A stretch of 64,000 bases of DNA from Treponema sp. (GTDB taxonomy: Bacteria; Spirochaetota; Spirochaetia; Treponematales; Treponemataceae), in contig JAILRG010000042.1 in NCBI GenBank assembly GCA_024698325.1, positions 5,497 through 69,496 of the forward strand, in the 5' to 3' direction. Below, one piece after another: positions 10,744-20,291 of this stretch (position 1 is the stretch's first letter; every line of letters starts with the position of its first letter). The position numbers were made by a program, and so were the translations under genes. The notes beneath the pieces are model-generated. The model saw nothing but the letters and a program-made list of their open reading frames with translations, made no database searches and had not been told where the DNA came from.

Positions 10744-10756
10744 TATAGCATAAAAA

Positions 10757-10790
10757 CAAAAAAACGGCACCCGAAGATGCCGTTTTTTTT
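10757..10790 (-). terminator. intrinsic terminator of the sugar ABC operon
   Basis: Minus strand acggcatc-ttcg-ggtgccg followed by a T-run (cUUCGg loop). Confidence 0.85.
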
Positions 10791-10806
10791 ATGATTTAGC
10801 TGTCAG

Positions 10807-12414
10807 CTATTTAAGCAGACGGTTAGCTTCGGCAACAGCACGAGCTTCGTCTTCCCATGCCTTACCGCCTCTCTTGTTGTAGAAATCAGCTGTCCATGCT
10901 TTCCAGTTAGCCTCGGTCAGATCGCGAGTACCATTCAAGAATTCAAGAACACCCTGTTCATAGAAGCGTTTAAGGTCAGCATTCGGCTTCGGCAGCAGAG
11001 CATTACCGACGTTCGGTGTCCATGCCTTAGACTGCATTTCACGGAGTGCCTTAAGAGCAGACATTTCTTTCTTAGAAACAACTGTTGTATAAGTCGGGTA
11101 GCGTGCGCCAAGTTCGATGTCGCTGTTGTAGTATACCAGGTTGCGCAGCTGTGTGAGCGGCTGCATCTCAGGCTTTGAGAAGCCCTTAGACTCATCCGGA
11201 ATACCCTTTACAGTCGGGATACCGTTGGCATCGAGAACATAGTTAACGCCTTTCTGACCCCAACCGAGCAGATAGTAGCCTTCGTCTGAAGACATCCATT
11301 CAAGAAGTTCAGCAATTTTCTGCATCTTGGTAACAGTCTTACCCTGCAGTTTTGCCTTTGAACCAGCTGTCTGTGAAGACAGAGCATACATACGGTAAGC
11401 TACAGTGTATGTACCGCATGATGATTTGCCTTTCGGTCCTACCGGCGGATCAATGATAAGGAAGCTGCCGTTCGGGAAGTTCTGATCGAACGGAGCATAG
11501 TTTGATTCTGAAGCGTAAGCAGCGTTCTGCTCGCGGAAGATACCGAATTTACCCTGTTTCCAAGATGCGCGGAAGTCATCTTTCTTGTATGCAGTCCAGT
11601 TCGGATCGATGACTTTCTCGTCAACCATCTTCTTTACATACTGCATAGCTTCGAAAAATTCCGGCTTCATGAGGTTAAGACCAAAACCGGCTTTTGTCAG
11701 GTTCCAAGTACCAGCAACGCCGAAAGCACCCATAATCGGGTCAAAGCGGCGGCCAAGGCCTTCGTTTACATCGCCAACTTCGAGGTAAGCACCGAAGCCC
11801 CAGGTATCGTTCTTGCCGTTTTCATCAGGGTCTTCCAGAGTAAATGCCTTCATTACCTTAAAGTATTCGTCAGTTGTTTTCGGAACAGACAGGTTGAGCT
11901 TTTTAAGCCAGTCTTCGCGGATAAGCACGCCTTCATTGCGGGCAACTGAACCAGGCTGTGCAAGTGCATAAGATTTACCGTTGATTGTTGAGAATGCAAT
12001 AGCATCTGCATCGTACAGTTTCTTGGTGCGGTTCGGCATCATCTTGTACATTTCGCTAACATCAGCAACCAGTCCCTGCTTTACGAGCATCGGGAGAACG
12101 CGGTCTGATACCATGAAGATATCCGGAAGAGCGTTGCCAGCACCGGCAGCGTTAATCTTGGTATCCTGGTCATTTTCACTTGAGGGGAGAGCTGTCAGGA
12201 TGAGGTTAATTCCCAGCTTCTCTCTGATAATCTTGTAACCAATCCAGTCTTTCGGCGGCGGACCGGCTTCAGTAACAGCTGCACCATACCACAGTTCAAC
12301 ATCAACTGTACCATCTTTGTTTACTTTCCACGGTTTTGCTTTTGCAGCAAAAACTGGACAAGCAACAGCAAGAATCAATGCTAACAATACAAGATTCTTA
12401 AGCACGTTTTTCAT
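10807..12414 (-). CDS. carbohydrate ABC transporter solute-binding protein (LplA-like)
   Basis: Signal peptide, LPDIF, LIREDWLKKLNL, DPDENGKNDTWG; follows two permease genes. Confidence 0.9.
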   Translation of the reverse strand: MKNVLKNLVLLALILAVACPVFAAKAKPWKVNKDGTVDVELWYGAAVTEAGPPPKDWIGYKIIREKLGINLILTALPSSENDQDTKINAAGAGNALPDIFMVSDRVLPMLVKQGLVADVSEMYKMMPNRTKKLYDADAIAFSTINGKSYALAQPGSVARNEGVLIREDWLKKLNLSVPKTTDEYFKVMKAFTLEDPDENGKNDTWGFGAYLEVGDVNEGLGRRFDPIMGAFGVAGTWNLTKAGFGLNLMKPEFFEAMQYVKKMVDEKVIDPNWTAYKKDDFRASWKQGKFGIFREQNAAYASESNYAPFDQNFPNGSFLIIDPPVGPKGKSSCGTYTVAYRMYALSSQTAGSKAKLQGKTVTKMQKIAELLEWMSSDEGYYLLGWGQKGVNYVLDANGIPTVKGIPDESKGFSKPEMQPLTQLRNLVYYNSDIELGARYPTYTTVVSKKEMSALKALREMQSKAWTPNVGNALLPKPNADLKRFYEQGVLEFLNGTRDLTEANWKAWTADFYNKRGGKAWEDEARAVAEANRLLK

Positions 12415-12499
12415 TTTTTCCTCCTTAGTTTAGAAAATAAATGAATACAATTTATTATTACCGGCCGCACTCAGCAACCGGCATATATCTAAAATAACA

Positions 12500-13390
12500 T
12501 TAACCCTTAACAGAGCCAAGCATCGTACCCTTTGTAAAGTACTTCTGAATAAACGGATATGCAATTACCATCGGAATTGCTGACATAAAGACTGACGCAG
12601 CCTTAATAGCAGCAACAGGCGCTTCGCCAAAGGCGTTTACTTCAACAAATTCGTTCATACCGGAAGCCATCAGGATGTTGCGGAGCAAAATCGGAAGCGG
12701 CTGCAGGCTTGATTCATTTAAGTACAGAAGCGGATGCATAAAGTCGTTCCAGAAGCCGACGCCGTAGTACAGCGCAATCGTCAGGATAATCGGCTTTGAA
12801 AGCGGCAGGATGATAGAAAGCAGGATGTACCATTCTGCAGCGCCGTCAATTCTAGCTGATTCCATCAAAGAATCCGGGATTCCTTCAAAGAAGCCGCGCA
12901 TAATCAGACAGTTGTAGGTACCGATAGCGCCCGGAATAAAGACTGCCGCAATATGATTTGTCAAACCCAGATTGTTCACGACAAGGTAGGTAGGAATCAT
13001 ACCGATGTTAAACAGGTACGGAATCAGAATAAAATAGTTCAGCAGCTTGCGTCCCGGCAAATCTTTTACTGACATACAGTAAGAAAGCGGAACGGTCAGG
13101 AACAGAGCGGTAAAAACACCAAACAAAAAGATTTTGAGTGAGTTCCAGAAAGCCATGATAAAGCCGGCGTTACCCAGCAATGCTTTATAGGCGCTTGTGC
13201 TCCACTTCCACGGGGCCAGGAACATACCTTCCAGGTTATTTCCCATAAAAGTATTCGGGCGGAATGAAAGAGTAATCGTACTCCACAGAGGAATCAAAAT
13301 AGCCAGACCGATGACTCCGAGGAACACATTAATAAAAATGTAGAACGTGCGGTCTCCGGCGGTAAGTTTTACTGTCTTAATCTTTTCCAT
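12500..13390 (-). CDS. carbohydrate ABC permease (LplC-like)
   Basis: EAA loop ESARIDGA and C-terminal YPFIQKYFTKG. Confidence 0.92.
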   Translation of the reverse strand: MEKIKTVKLTAGDRTFYIFINVFLGVIGLAILIPLWSTITLSFRPNTFMGNNLEGMFLAPWKWSTSAYKALLGNAGFIMAFWNSLKIFLFGVFTALFLTVPLSYCMSVKDLPGRKLLNYFILIPYLFNIGMIPTYLVVNNLGLTNHIAAVFIPGAIGTYNCLIMRGFFEGIPDSLMESARIDGAAEWYILLSIILPLSKPIILTIALYYGVGFWNDFMHPLLYLNESSLQPLPILLRNILMASGMNEFVEVNAFGEAPVAAIKAASVFMSAIPMVIAYPFIQKYFTKGTMLGSVKG

Positions 13391-13408
13391 AGTTCATTAC
13401 CTCTAGAT

Positions 13409-14350
13409 TTACAGCAGTGATGAATCTGCAAGCTTTTTGACAACCTTGTTAGAGAACATAACAAGCAGCATACCAATGATACCTTTGAAAATACCCACTG
13501 CGGTTGCCAGAGCGAACTCAAACTGCAACAAGCCCTGACGATACACCCAGGTATCGATAATATCAGCGACAGAATAGACCGGAACTGAGTACAACATGAA
13601 CATCTGGTTAAAACCAGCATCCAGAACGCGGCCAAGCTTAAGCAGAACGACAGTAACAATAACCGGTTTGATTGACGGAATCGTAATGTACCAGACACGC
13701 TGTACGGCAGAAGCACCTTCGACCATTGCGGCTTCGAACAGAGAAGGGTCAATGCCCATCAATGCCGCAATGAAGATGATTGCTGCCCATCCCATCTCTT
13801 TCCATGCATCAGAAATAATGACAATGGCAGGGAATGTTTTGGTGTTCGTCAAGAAATCGACTGCTTCTCCACCGAAGAATTTGATGATATCGTTTACCAT
13901 ACCATCGCCGGGAGCCAGCAGGGCAAGCAAAATACCGTACATAATAACCCAAGAAAGGAAGTGAGGCAGGTAGGCCAGAGTCTGTACGACTTTGCGAAGC
14001 CAGTTTACCGTACATTCATACAACGTAACGGCAAGAATAATAGAAAGCGGAACAGATACGCACAACTTAGCAAGGCTATACAAAAGAGTGTTGCGCAGTA
14101 ACTCTCCAAAATAGAATGACTGGAAGAAGCTGGTAAAGTTCTTAAAGCCAATCCACTGGCTTCCCCAAACTCCGTCCATAGGCAAAAAGTTTTTGAATGC
14201 AATCTGTCCATTCACAATTGGACCGTATTTTAGTACCGCATAGTACACTACTGGAATTACCAGCAAAGCATAGACAGAAAAGTGTCTTTTGATGTCTTTC
14301 CAAAGGTCTTTTTTAGGCGCCTTGGGAACAGTTGTTGATTGTTCGCTCAT
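13409..14350 (-). CDS. carbohydrate ABC permease (LplB-like)
   Basis: YLPHFLSWV and EAAMVEGA motifs; GAGG RBS precedes ATG 14350. Confidence 0.92.
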   Translation of the reverse strand: MSEQSTTVPKAPKKDLWKDIKRHFSVYALLVIPVVYYAVLKYGPIVNGQIAFKNFLPMDGVWGSQWIGFKNFTSFFQSFYFGELLRNTLLYSLAKLCVSVPLSIILAVTLYECTVNWLRKVVQTLAYLPHFLSWVIMYGILLALLAPGDGMVNDIIKFFGGEAVDFLTNTKTFPAIVIISDAWKEMGWAAIIFIAALMGIDPSLFEAAMVEGASAVQRVWYITIPSIKPVIVTVVLLKLGRVLDAGFNQMFMLYSVPVYSVADIIDTWVYRQGLLQFEFALATAVGIFKGIIGMLLVMFSNKVVKKLADSSLL

Positions 14351-14422
14351 ATTTAACCTCACTCTGCATAGTATAGCAAACCATTAAAAAATTGCTTGTA
14401 TCTTATTGGATAAAACCGCACT

Positions 14423-17400
14423 TTAGGACTGTTGTTTTATCCGTAACCTACCTGGTGGAATACCGCATATCTTCTTAAATACACGGCAGAAGTACGCCTG
14501 ATCCTGAAAGCCCGACTTTTCCGCAATCTCATAGATTGTGTCGTTCGTTTCCAGCAACAGTTTTGTCGCCAGGTATATGCGGTACCGGTTAAGGTACTCC
14601 CACAGCGACAGCCCCAACTCCTTATGGAAGATGCGCGTCAGATAATCTTCACTGACATGCACGGTATCTGCAAGCTTCCAGCGCACAATCTGCTGCGATG
14701 CATTCTGATTCAGATACAGAATCGCCTTCTTAACAAGCGCGCCCGTATGCGGCGGCAGGATTTCGTCCCCGTCGAGTATCGCGCGTATTCTGCTATCAAA
14801 CTGTTCTGATTCTGCAGCCCCGCGGTTACACAGAATAATGCGCGGGTGAGAGCACAACAGCTCCACATCATCCACGGAAGAAACCGCATCGGGCAGAACG
14901 AGAATCGGAACCATAACGGTCTTTACGTTCTGCCGGATTGTAATAATCGTCGCTTCATCAATCTTTTCAAAGACAATGAGTGACGGGGTAATCTCCCGCA
15001 GGATGCTGTCAAAGTATTCCATAGATTTGATTGAGACGCTGTTTTCTTCCGTCGCCCAGGTGCCGTAGCGGGTATGCTTCGCCCCGACAAAAAGCACCGA
15101 AGTCTGCGTCTGCTCCTGCACCTTCTGATTAAGGATTTCGCCAAACGTATGGCCAAGCAGGACCGAACTGAAGCAGAGGAGTGGAGCGCGCCAGAGCTTT
15201 TCGTGATGACGCAGCCCCTTAACCTTAATCCAGTCATTTATAGGAGCCTCATCCGGGTTCCAGTACAAAAGCGCCACTTCTCCAGATTCGCTGACAGCTT
15301 CAATAGCTTCTTCATTCAAAGTCTGAATCTTTGTGTTTACGATGGTTCTGTCGGCAGAAAGCGCAGAAAGCGAATAAATTGCCGGATCCGCATGCGTTAA
15401 TTTAAGGGGCGGCTGGCCCGCAAGGTTCGGCCACGGCAGGATAATCGTCACGGAGCGATCCGTTTTCTTAAGCTCGCCATACTGCAGCAGGAAAATTTTT
15501 TCTGCCAGCAACAGCTCCGGCTTGTGCCAGTCAAGCCGCTGAGACTCAATCGTTATGTGCAGGCCGTCGTAGCTGTCAGAAATCCGCCGTATGCCTGCGC
15601 TAAAGTCCAGAATCGTCTGGAGCGCATTTTTAAGCCGCATAATGTCACCGAACAAGAGCGGGAACGGCTTATCCAGAATATAGCTGTTGGCAGGCAAAAT
15701 CTGATTAACACTGAACAGAACTTTGTTCATCGGTAAATCATTCACCTGGGTACGCGTCAAATCTACCAGCGTTTCTGTTTTTTCAAGCTGAGAATCTATC
15801 TGCGATTTTAGGAACAGCAGCTGCTCCCCAAGAATGTCGCTGTCTACAACCCCCTGCTCAATATTTGTTTCCATCTGAGTGAGCTTTGCAGATATATGCT
15901 TCAGAGGATCGCACAAATCATTACCGACATTTGCAAAAAATTCTGTCTTTGCAAATTCAGCCTGCTCCGCAATTTCTTTTGCCGTCGCCGCTTCCTCAAA
16001 CAGGAAAATGCTCTGCAGCGTACTGCTGACAGCCGAGCGCAAATCTTCGTACACAAGGCCACTGCAGTTCGAATAACTGCAGATAAGGTACCCGAGAGGC
16101 TGATTTTCCATAAACAACGGCTGAATAATAAACGCGCCTTTGTCGAAATCAGACTTGTACTTTGCCGGAATCAAAAGCTGCGACGAAAAGAGCATTTCGT
16201 CTTCGCGGATTTCGCCGGAAGCAGTAAAAGAGCCTGCATATTTGGAGAACGTCTCGTTTTCGTACAGAATAATTGTTGTCGAGCTGATGCCGATACCGGG
16301 AAGCGCCCGCGCAAGGACATGGATAAGCGATTTTCTGTCGTGAACCGAAAGCAATTCACCTTTCAGCGCATTTACCGCCGCTGCAGTCCGGGATTCCTTG
16401 TACTGCTTCCGGGCGGCAACCTTTCCCTGTATCTGCGGGATAATGATGTTTACGCCCCGAAGAATCCGCTCCAGAGTGGCCTCTGACAGGCTGTTTGCAT
16501 TGCGCAAAATTGTCTCTGCCGCAAACAGCCTTGAGATGTCGCCGCTACGCTCAAAATAGTCAGTCAGGCAGGTCGTCAGAAAAGAGAAAAACTCTGTCTG
16601 CTTATTGGAAAAAAGATAATCACCCAGCCGGCGGATACGCAACGCCGTTTCTTCCGAGCATGGCGCAAACGCTTCGGTAATGTCGTCAATAATCTGCTGC
16701 TTTTCCTTGGCATGAGCAGGGGTGCCGGACGTTGCTATCCAGGATTTTAGGCTGTTACAGCCGCAGCTTTCCCGGACAACCTTGTAAGCTGACAGCGAAC
16801 AGTCATCAGGGCGCTCATTTGTCAAAAGCACCCGCTTTATCATTTTGTAGGCTGCAAGCCCCATCTGTTCATACGGCATGTGCACCGTAGAAAACGGTAC
16901 TGTCGCAATCCGGCTTTCGACAGAGTCATTAAAGCCGCCAATCATCAAATCCCTTGGAACCTGATACCCTCTCTTTTCCAGCCAGCTGACAGCAGAAAAA
17001 GCCATCATGTCGCTGGCAGCAATCAGCGTATCAAAGTCCTTACCCGGAACAAGCTTTCTTTTCTGGCAAAGCTGCTCGATTGCCTTATCGCCGTCCGACC
17101 ATGCAAAATTATCGCTAACCAGAATGTCGATATTCTGTTCCAGGCCCGCTTCCCGCATGGCTTCTTTATAACCGCGGTACCGATCCTCTGCAGACGTATG
17201 ATTTGTCGGTCCGCGCAAAAAAGCAATGCGTTTTGAACCGTGTACGGTTATGAAATGATTTACGAGGTCTTTCATGCCGTCATAGGCAGTAAATGCGACC
17301 AGAGGAAAATGCTTAATCTTCTGACCGATTGTAACCATCGGCATTGATTCAAAAGATTCGTGAAAGGCTGTCAGCTCATCAAGAGAGATAGTTCCGCCGA

Positions 17401-17638
17401 TGCTCGAAGCCCAGCTGATGATTCCGTCGAGATTTTCAGGATTGACGAGTGAATAAATCCGGTTTCGCTGAGAATCTGCATTACTGGCTGAAGCAAGACG
17501 ACCGCCTGGGAAAATGAACAGCGAGCCGTTTTCCTGCAGTGCATCTTCTGCCAGCCGGGGCCACATGCCAATTGAAGAGCCCGTATGTATTGATGCGAGA
17601 ATAAAACCAATGCGCTTGTGCGCAGTCACATTTCTCAT
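14423..17638 (-). CDS. multidomain regulator: LacI-type sugar-binding domain, degenerate kinase/receiver core, AraC HTH
   Basis: RIAFLRGPTNHTSAEDRY and VPRDLMIGGFND (LacI effector fold); KTEFFANVGNDLCDPL (H-box lacking His); C-terminal SEDYLTRIF...GFQDQAYFCRVFKK. Start could be 17659. Confidence 0.85.
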   Translation of the reverse strand: MRNVTAHKRIGFILASIHTGSSIGMWPRLAEDALQENGSLFIFPGGRLASASNADSQRNRIYSLVNPENLDGIISWASSIGGTISLDELTAFHESFESMPMVTIGQKIKHFPLVAFTAYDGMKDLVNHFITVHGSKRIAFLRGPTNHTSAEDRYRGYKEAMREAGLEQNIDILVSDNFAWSDGDKAIEQLCQKRKLVPGKDFDTLIAASDMMAFSAVSWLEKRGYQVPRDLMIGGFNDSVESRIATVPFSTVHMPYEQMGLAAYKMIKRVLLTNERPDDCSLSAYKVVRESCGCNSLKSWIATSGTPAHAKEKQQIIDDITEAFAPCSEETALRIRRLGDYLFSNKQTEFFSFLTTCLTDYFERSGDISRLFAAETILRNANSLSEATLERILRGVNIIIPQIQGKVAARKQYKESRTAAAVNALKGELLSVHDRKSLIHVLARALPGIGISSTTIILYENETFSKYAGSFTASGEIREDEMLFSSQLLIPAKYKSDFDKGAFIIQPLFMENQPLGYLICSYSNCSGLVYEDLRSAVSSTLQSIFLFEEAATAKEIAEQAEFAKTEFFANVGNDLCDPLKHISAKLTQMETNIEQGVVDSDILGEQLLFLKSQIDSQLEKTETLVDLTRTQVNDLPMNKVLFSVNQILPANSYILDKPFPLLFGDIMRLKNALQTILDFSAGIRRISDSYDGLHITIESQRLDWHKPELLLAEKIFLLQYGELKKTDRSVTIILPWPNLAGQPPLKLTHADPAIYSLSALSADRTIVNTKIQTLNEEAIEAVSESGEVALLYWNPDEAPINDWIKVKGLRHHEKLWRAPLLCFSSVLLGHTFGEILNQKVQEQTQTSVLFVGAKHTRYGTWATEENSVSIKSMEYFDSILREITPSLIVFEKIDEATIITIRQNVKTVMVPILVLPDAVSSVDDVELLCSHPRIILCNRGAAESEQFDSRIRAILDGDEILPPHTGALVKKAILYLNQNASQQIVRWKLADTVHVSEDYLTRIFHKELGLSLWEYLNRYRIYLATKLLLETNDTIYEIAEKSGFQDQAYFCRVFKKICGIPPGRLRIKQQS

Positions 17639-17860
17639 AAAACCATCCTGATAATTCATCTTATAACGCAATAATCCTTTTTTCAATATTTTTTTTCTTA
17701 AATACAACGCTTTAATCCATCATTATAATAAAAGCGATGTAACAATTACGGTTTTTGCCAAAAAGGTGTCACTTCTTGCTATAGAGATTTTTGCCTTAAA
17801 AGCGTATACAATTATTCAGACTGATATAATCTTTGTATGAACTTTCGGAGGTTCTGAATT

Positions 17861-19423
17861 ATGGCTCTTAAGTCAATTAAAGATGTAATGAAAACTGTAA
17901 AGCGCCCGGAAAAAGTGCTTCAGTTTGGTGAAGGCGGTTTCTTGCGCGCATTCGTAGACTGGCAGATTGATATCGCCAACGAGAAAGCAGGATTCAACGG
18001 CAACATCGTTATCGTACAGCCTCTGGAAAAAGGCATGATTGACGCAATGAACGCACAGGACAACCTGTACACAACTGTTCTGCGCGGCATGAAGGACGGG
18101 AAGCCGACCGTAGAGACTCGCTGCATCAACTCAGTCAGCCGCTCAATCAACCCGTACACAAACTATGACGACTACATCGCGCTCGCTTCCAGCCCTGACC
18201 TTCGCTTTATCGTGTCAAACACAACCGAAGCAGGCATCCGCTTTGACGCAGAAATCGACGGCGTGCCGGTAACACTCGACCAGAAGCCGCAGAAAAACTT
18301 CCCGGCAAAAGTGACCGCATTCCTGTACAAGAGATTCCAGGCTTTCAACGGCGACCGCTCAAAAGGCATGATTTTAATTCCGTGCGAGCTTTCTGACCAG
18401 GCAGGCCTGAACCTGCGCATCAACATCCTGCGCTATGCAGAAATGTGGCAGCTCGGTCCGGACTTCATCAACTGGTTTGACGAATCCTGCGATGTCTGTT
18501 CATGTCTTGTCGACCGCATCGTTCCGGGTTACTTTCCGCTCCTTGCAAAAGAAGAAAACGGTAAGACTCAGGCAGAAAACCTCTGCGAAAAGCTCGGCTA
18601 CGAAGACAAGCTCCTCGACAGCGCAGAGCTGTTCCACTTCTGGGTTATCGAAAGCAAAAAGAGCCACGAAGACGAGCTGCCGCTTGTTAAGGCCGGCCTC
18701 TCTGTCAAATGGGTGCAGAACATGGACTACTACCACACCCGCAAAGTCCGCATCCTGAACGGCGCACACACTTCTTCTGTTCTGGCTGCATTCCTCGCTG
18801 GAAGCAACTACGTGCAGGACATCGTCTGCAACGAAAAAGTTGGAAGCGGCTTTAACGAACCGAACGCAGCTGCAAACAAGTTCATGCATGACGTTATCTT
18901 TAATGAGATTGTGCCTTCAATCGACGGCGACCAGGAAGACCTGAAAAATTACGCAAACGACGTATGGACCCGCTTCCAGAATCCGTTTAACCCGCACCGC
19001 CTTATCGAGATTTCGCTTAACAGCGTCGCAAAATACTGGACACGCTGTCTGCCGTCTGTAACACAGTCAATCAAGAAAAACGGAAGCGTTCCGAAGCTGC
19101 TTGGCTTCTCAATCGCAGCCCTGATTGCCTTCTACAACGGTACCGAAATCAGGGACAACGCAAAGGGACAGAAATGCCTTGTTTCTAAGCGCGAAGACGG
19201 CGAGTACGAGAACCTGGACACACTGCCGGTTCTAGAGTTCTTTGCAGCCCTCAACAAAGAGACAAAGGACGCAAAAGTCATCGCTAACCGCGTACTGAGC
19301 AACGTCGAGTTCTGGAAAGAGGATTTGACCAAGTACGCAGGCCTTGAAGCAGCTGTCGCCGGCCACCTGGCTGATATCCAGTCTAAGGGAATGAAAGCAG
19401 CATTGGCTGACATTGTAAAATAA
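17861..19423 (+). CDS. uxaB: tagaturonate reductase (altronate oxidoreductase)
   Basis: KVLQFGEGGFLRAF, SNTTEAGI, LVDRIVPG, KVRILNGAHT and RFQNPF motifs. Confidence 0.92.
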   Translation: MALKSIKDVMKTVKRPEKVLQFGEGGFLRAFVDWQIDIANEKAGFNGNIVIVQPLEKGMIDAMNAQDNLYTTVLRGMKDGKPTVETRCINSVSRSINPYTNYDDYIALASSPDLRFIVSNTTEAGIRFDAEIDGVPVTLDQKPQKNFPAKVTAFLYKRFQAFNGDRSKGMILIPCELSDQAGLNLRINILRYAEMWQLGPDFINWFDESCDVCSCLVDRIVPGYFPLLAKEENGKTQAENLCEKLGYEDKLLDSAELFHFWVIESKKSHEDELPLVKAGLSVKWVQNMDYYHTRKVRILNGAHTSSVLAAFLAGSNYVQDIVCNEKVGSGFNEPNAAANKFMHDVIFNEIVPSIDGDQEDLKNYANDVWTRFQNPFNPHRLIEISLNSVAKYWTRCLPSVTQSIKKNGSVPKLLGFSIAALIAFYNGTEIRDNAKGQKCLVSKREDGEYENLDTLPVLEFFAALNKETKDAKVIANRVLSNVEFWKEDLTKYAGLEAAVAGHLADIQSKGMKAALADIVK

Positions 19424-19515
19424 AGGAAAGACGGGATTGCGTGAGTTTGGCAAAGCAAACGCTCCGCAACCCCGGTTAATCCGGTTCGCAGGCGAGCGCC
19501 TGTGACTATTACAGC

Positions 19516-19550
19516 TCCCTCCGTAAGCCTGCTTGCGGAGGGATTTTTTA
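19516..19550. terminator. intrinsic terminator
   Basis: tccctccgtaagc-ct-gcttgcggaggga followed by tttttt. Confidence 0.8.
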
Positions 19551-19560
19551 TTGACAACGC

Positions 19561-20283
19561 TTATTTTTCAATAACGACAAGGTTTCGCTCGTGGTCGCTT
19601 AAAAACGGCACGGTAAGCGGCCGCACGGTATAGTTCGGCATGTTTTTTCCGAGCGCCTGCATTTCTTCGGCAATTTTATCCTGCCGTGCCTTGTATGCTG
19701 CAAGAACACCAGCAGGTTTTAGAATGCGGCGCAGGACATGCATCATCTTTTTTTCAAGCGGACGGAATGCGCGGAACACCACCAGATTAAAACGGTTCTG
19801 CTCAAGGCGTTCAGCCTGGTTTTCTTCTACAGTTACGTTCTGTAAGCCAAGTTCGCGGGCGCAGGTTTCCAAAAAAGCACACCGCTTACTCATGCGCTCA
19901 ACAAGCACAAAGGGCTGCTCAAAAAACGCTGCTGCAAGCGGAATACCCGGTAAACCCGCTCCGCTTCCAATGTCTGCAGCAAGAAAAGTCTCGGCGCCCG
20001 CAGCTTTCTTTCCGCTGGCAGTAATCGAAGCGACGTCTTTTGCTGCGGCAAGGCTGTCTAAGATGTGGCGCACCGCAATATCATCGTGCTCATCAGTGTT
20101 TATAAGATCAAACTTTGCATTGTATTCCTGCAGCAGGGCTATGTAGCGTTCAAAAAGCGGTTCAAGCTCCGAAAGCGGGCGCACCGGAATGCCGGAAAAG
20201 GCATCGGCAGAGCCACTGCCAGAAAATCCCAGCGCGACAAGTCCTTCATGCAGAACATTGTTTGTATTGGATTGAGTTTCCAT
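19561..20283 (-). CDS. rsmG: 16S rRNA m7G527 methyltransferase (GidB)
   Basis: RHILDSL, DIGSGAGLPGIPLA, LVERMSKRCAFL and FRAF motifs. Confidence 0.92.
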   Translation of the reverse strand: METQSNTNNVLHEGLVALGFSGSGSADAFSGIPVRPLSELEPLFERYIALLQEYNAKFDLINTDEHDDIAVRHILDSLAAAKDVASITASGKKAAGAETFLAADIGSGAGLPGIPLAAAFFEQPFVLVERMSKRCAFLETCARELGLQNVTVEENQAERLEQNRFNLVVFRAFRPLEKKMMHVLRRILKPAGVLAAYKARQDKIAEEMQALGKNMPNYTVRPLTVPFLSDHERNLVVIEK

Positions 20284-20291
20284 TGTTTCCC

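Noticed and set aside
19430-19550. Self-cleaving ribozyme or riboswitch
   Set aside because: No hammerhead, twister, HDV, pistol, ZTP or c-di-GMP core recognised on either strand, and the position is 3' of both genes.
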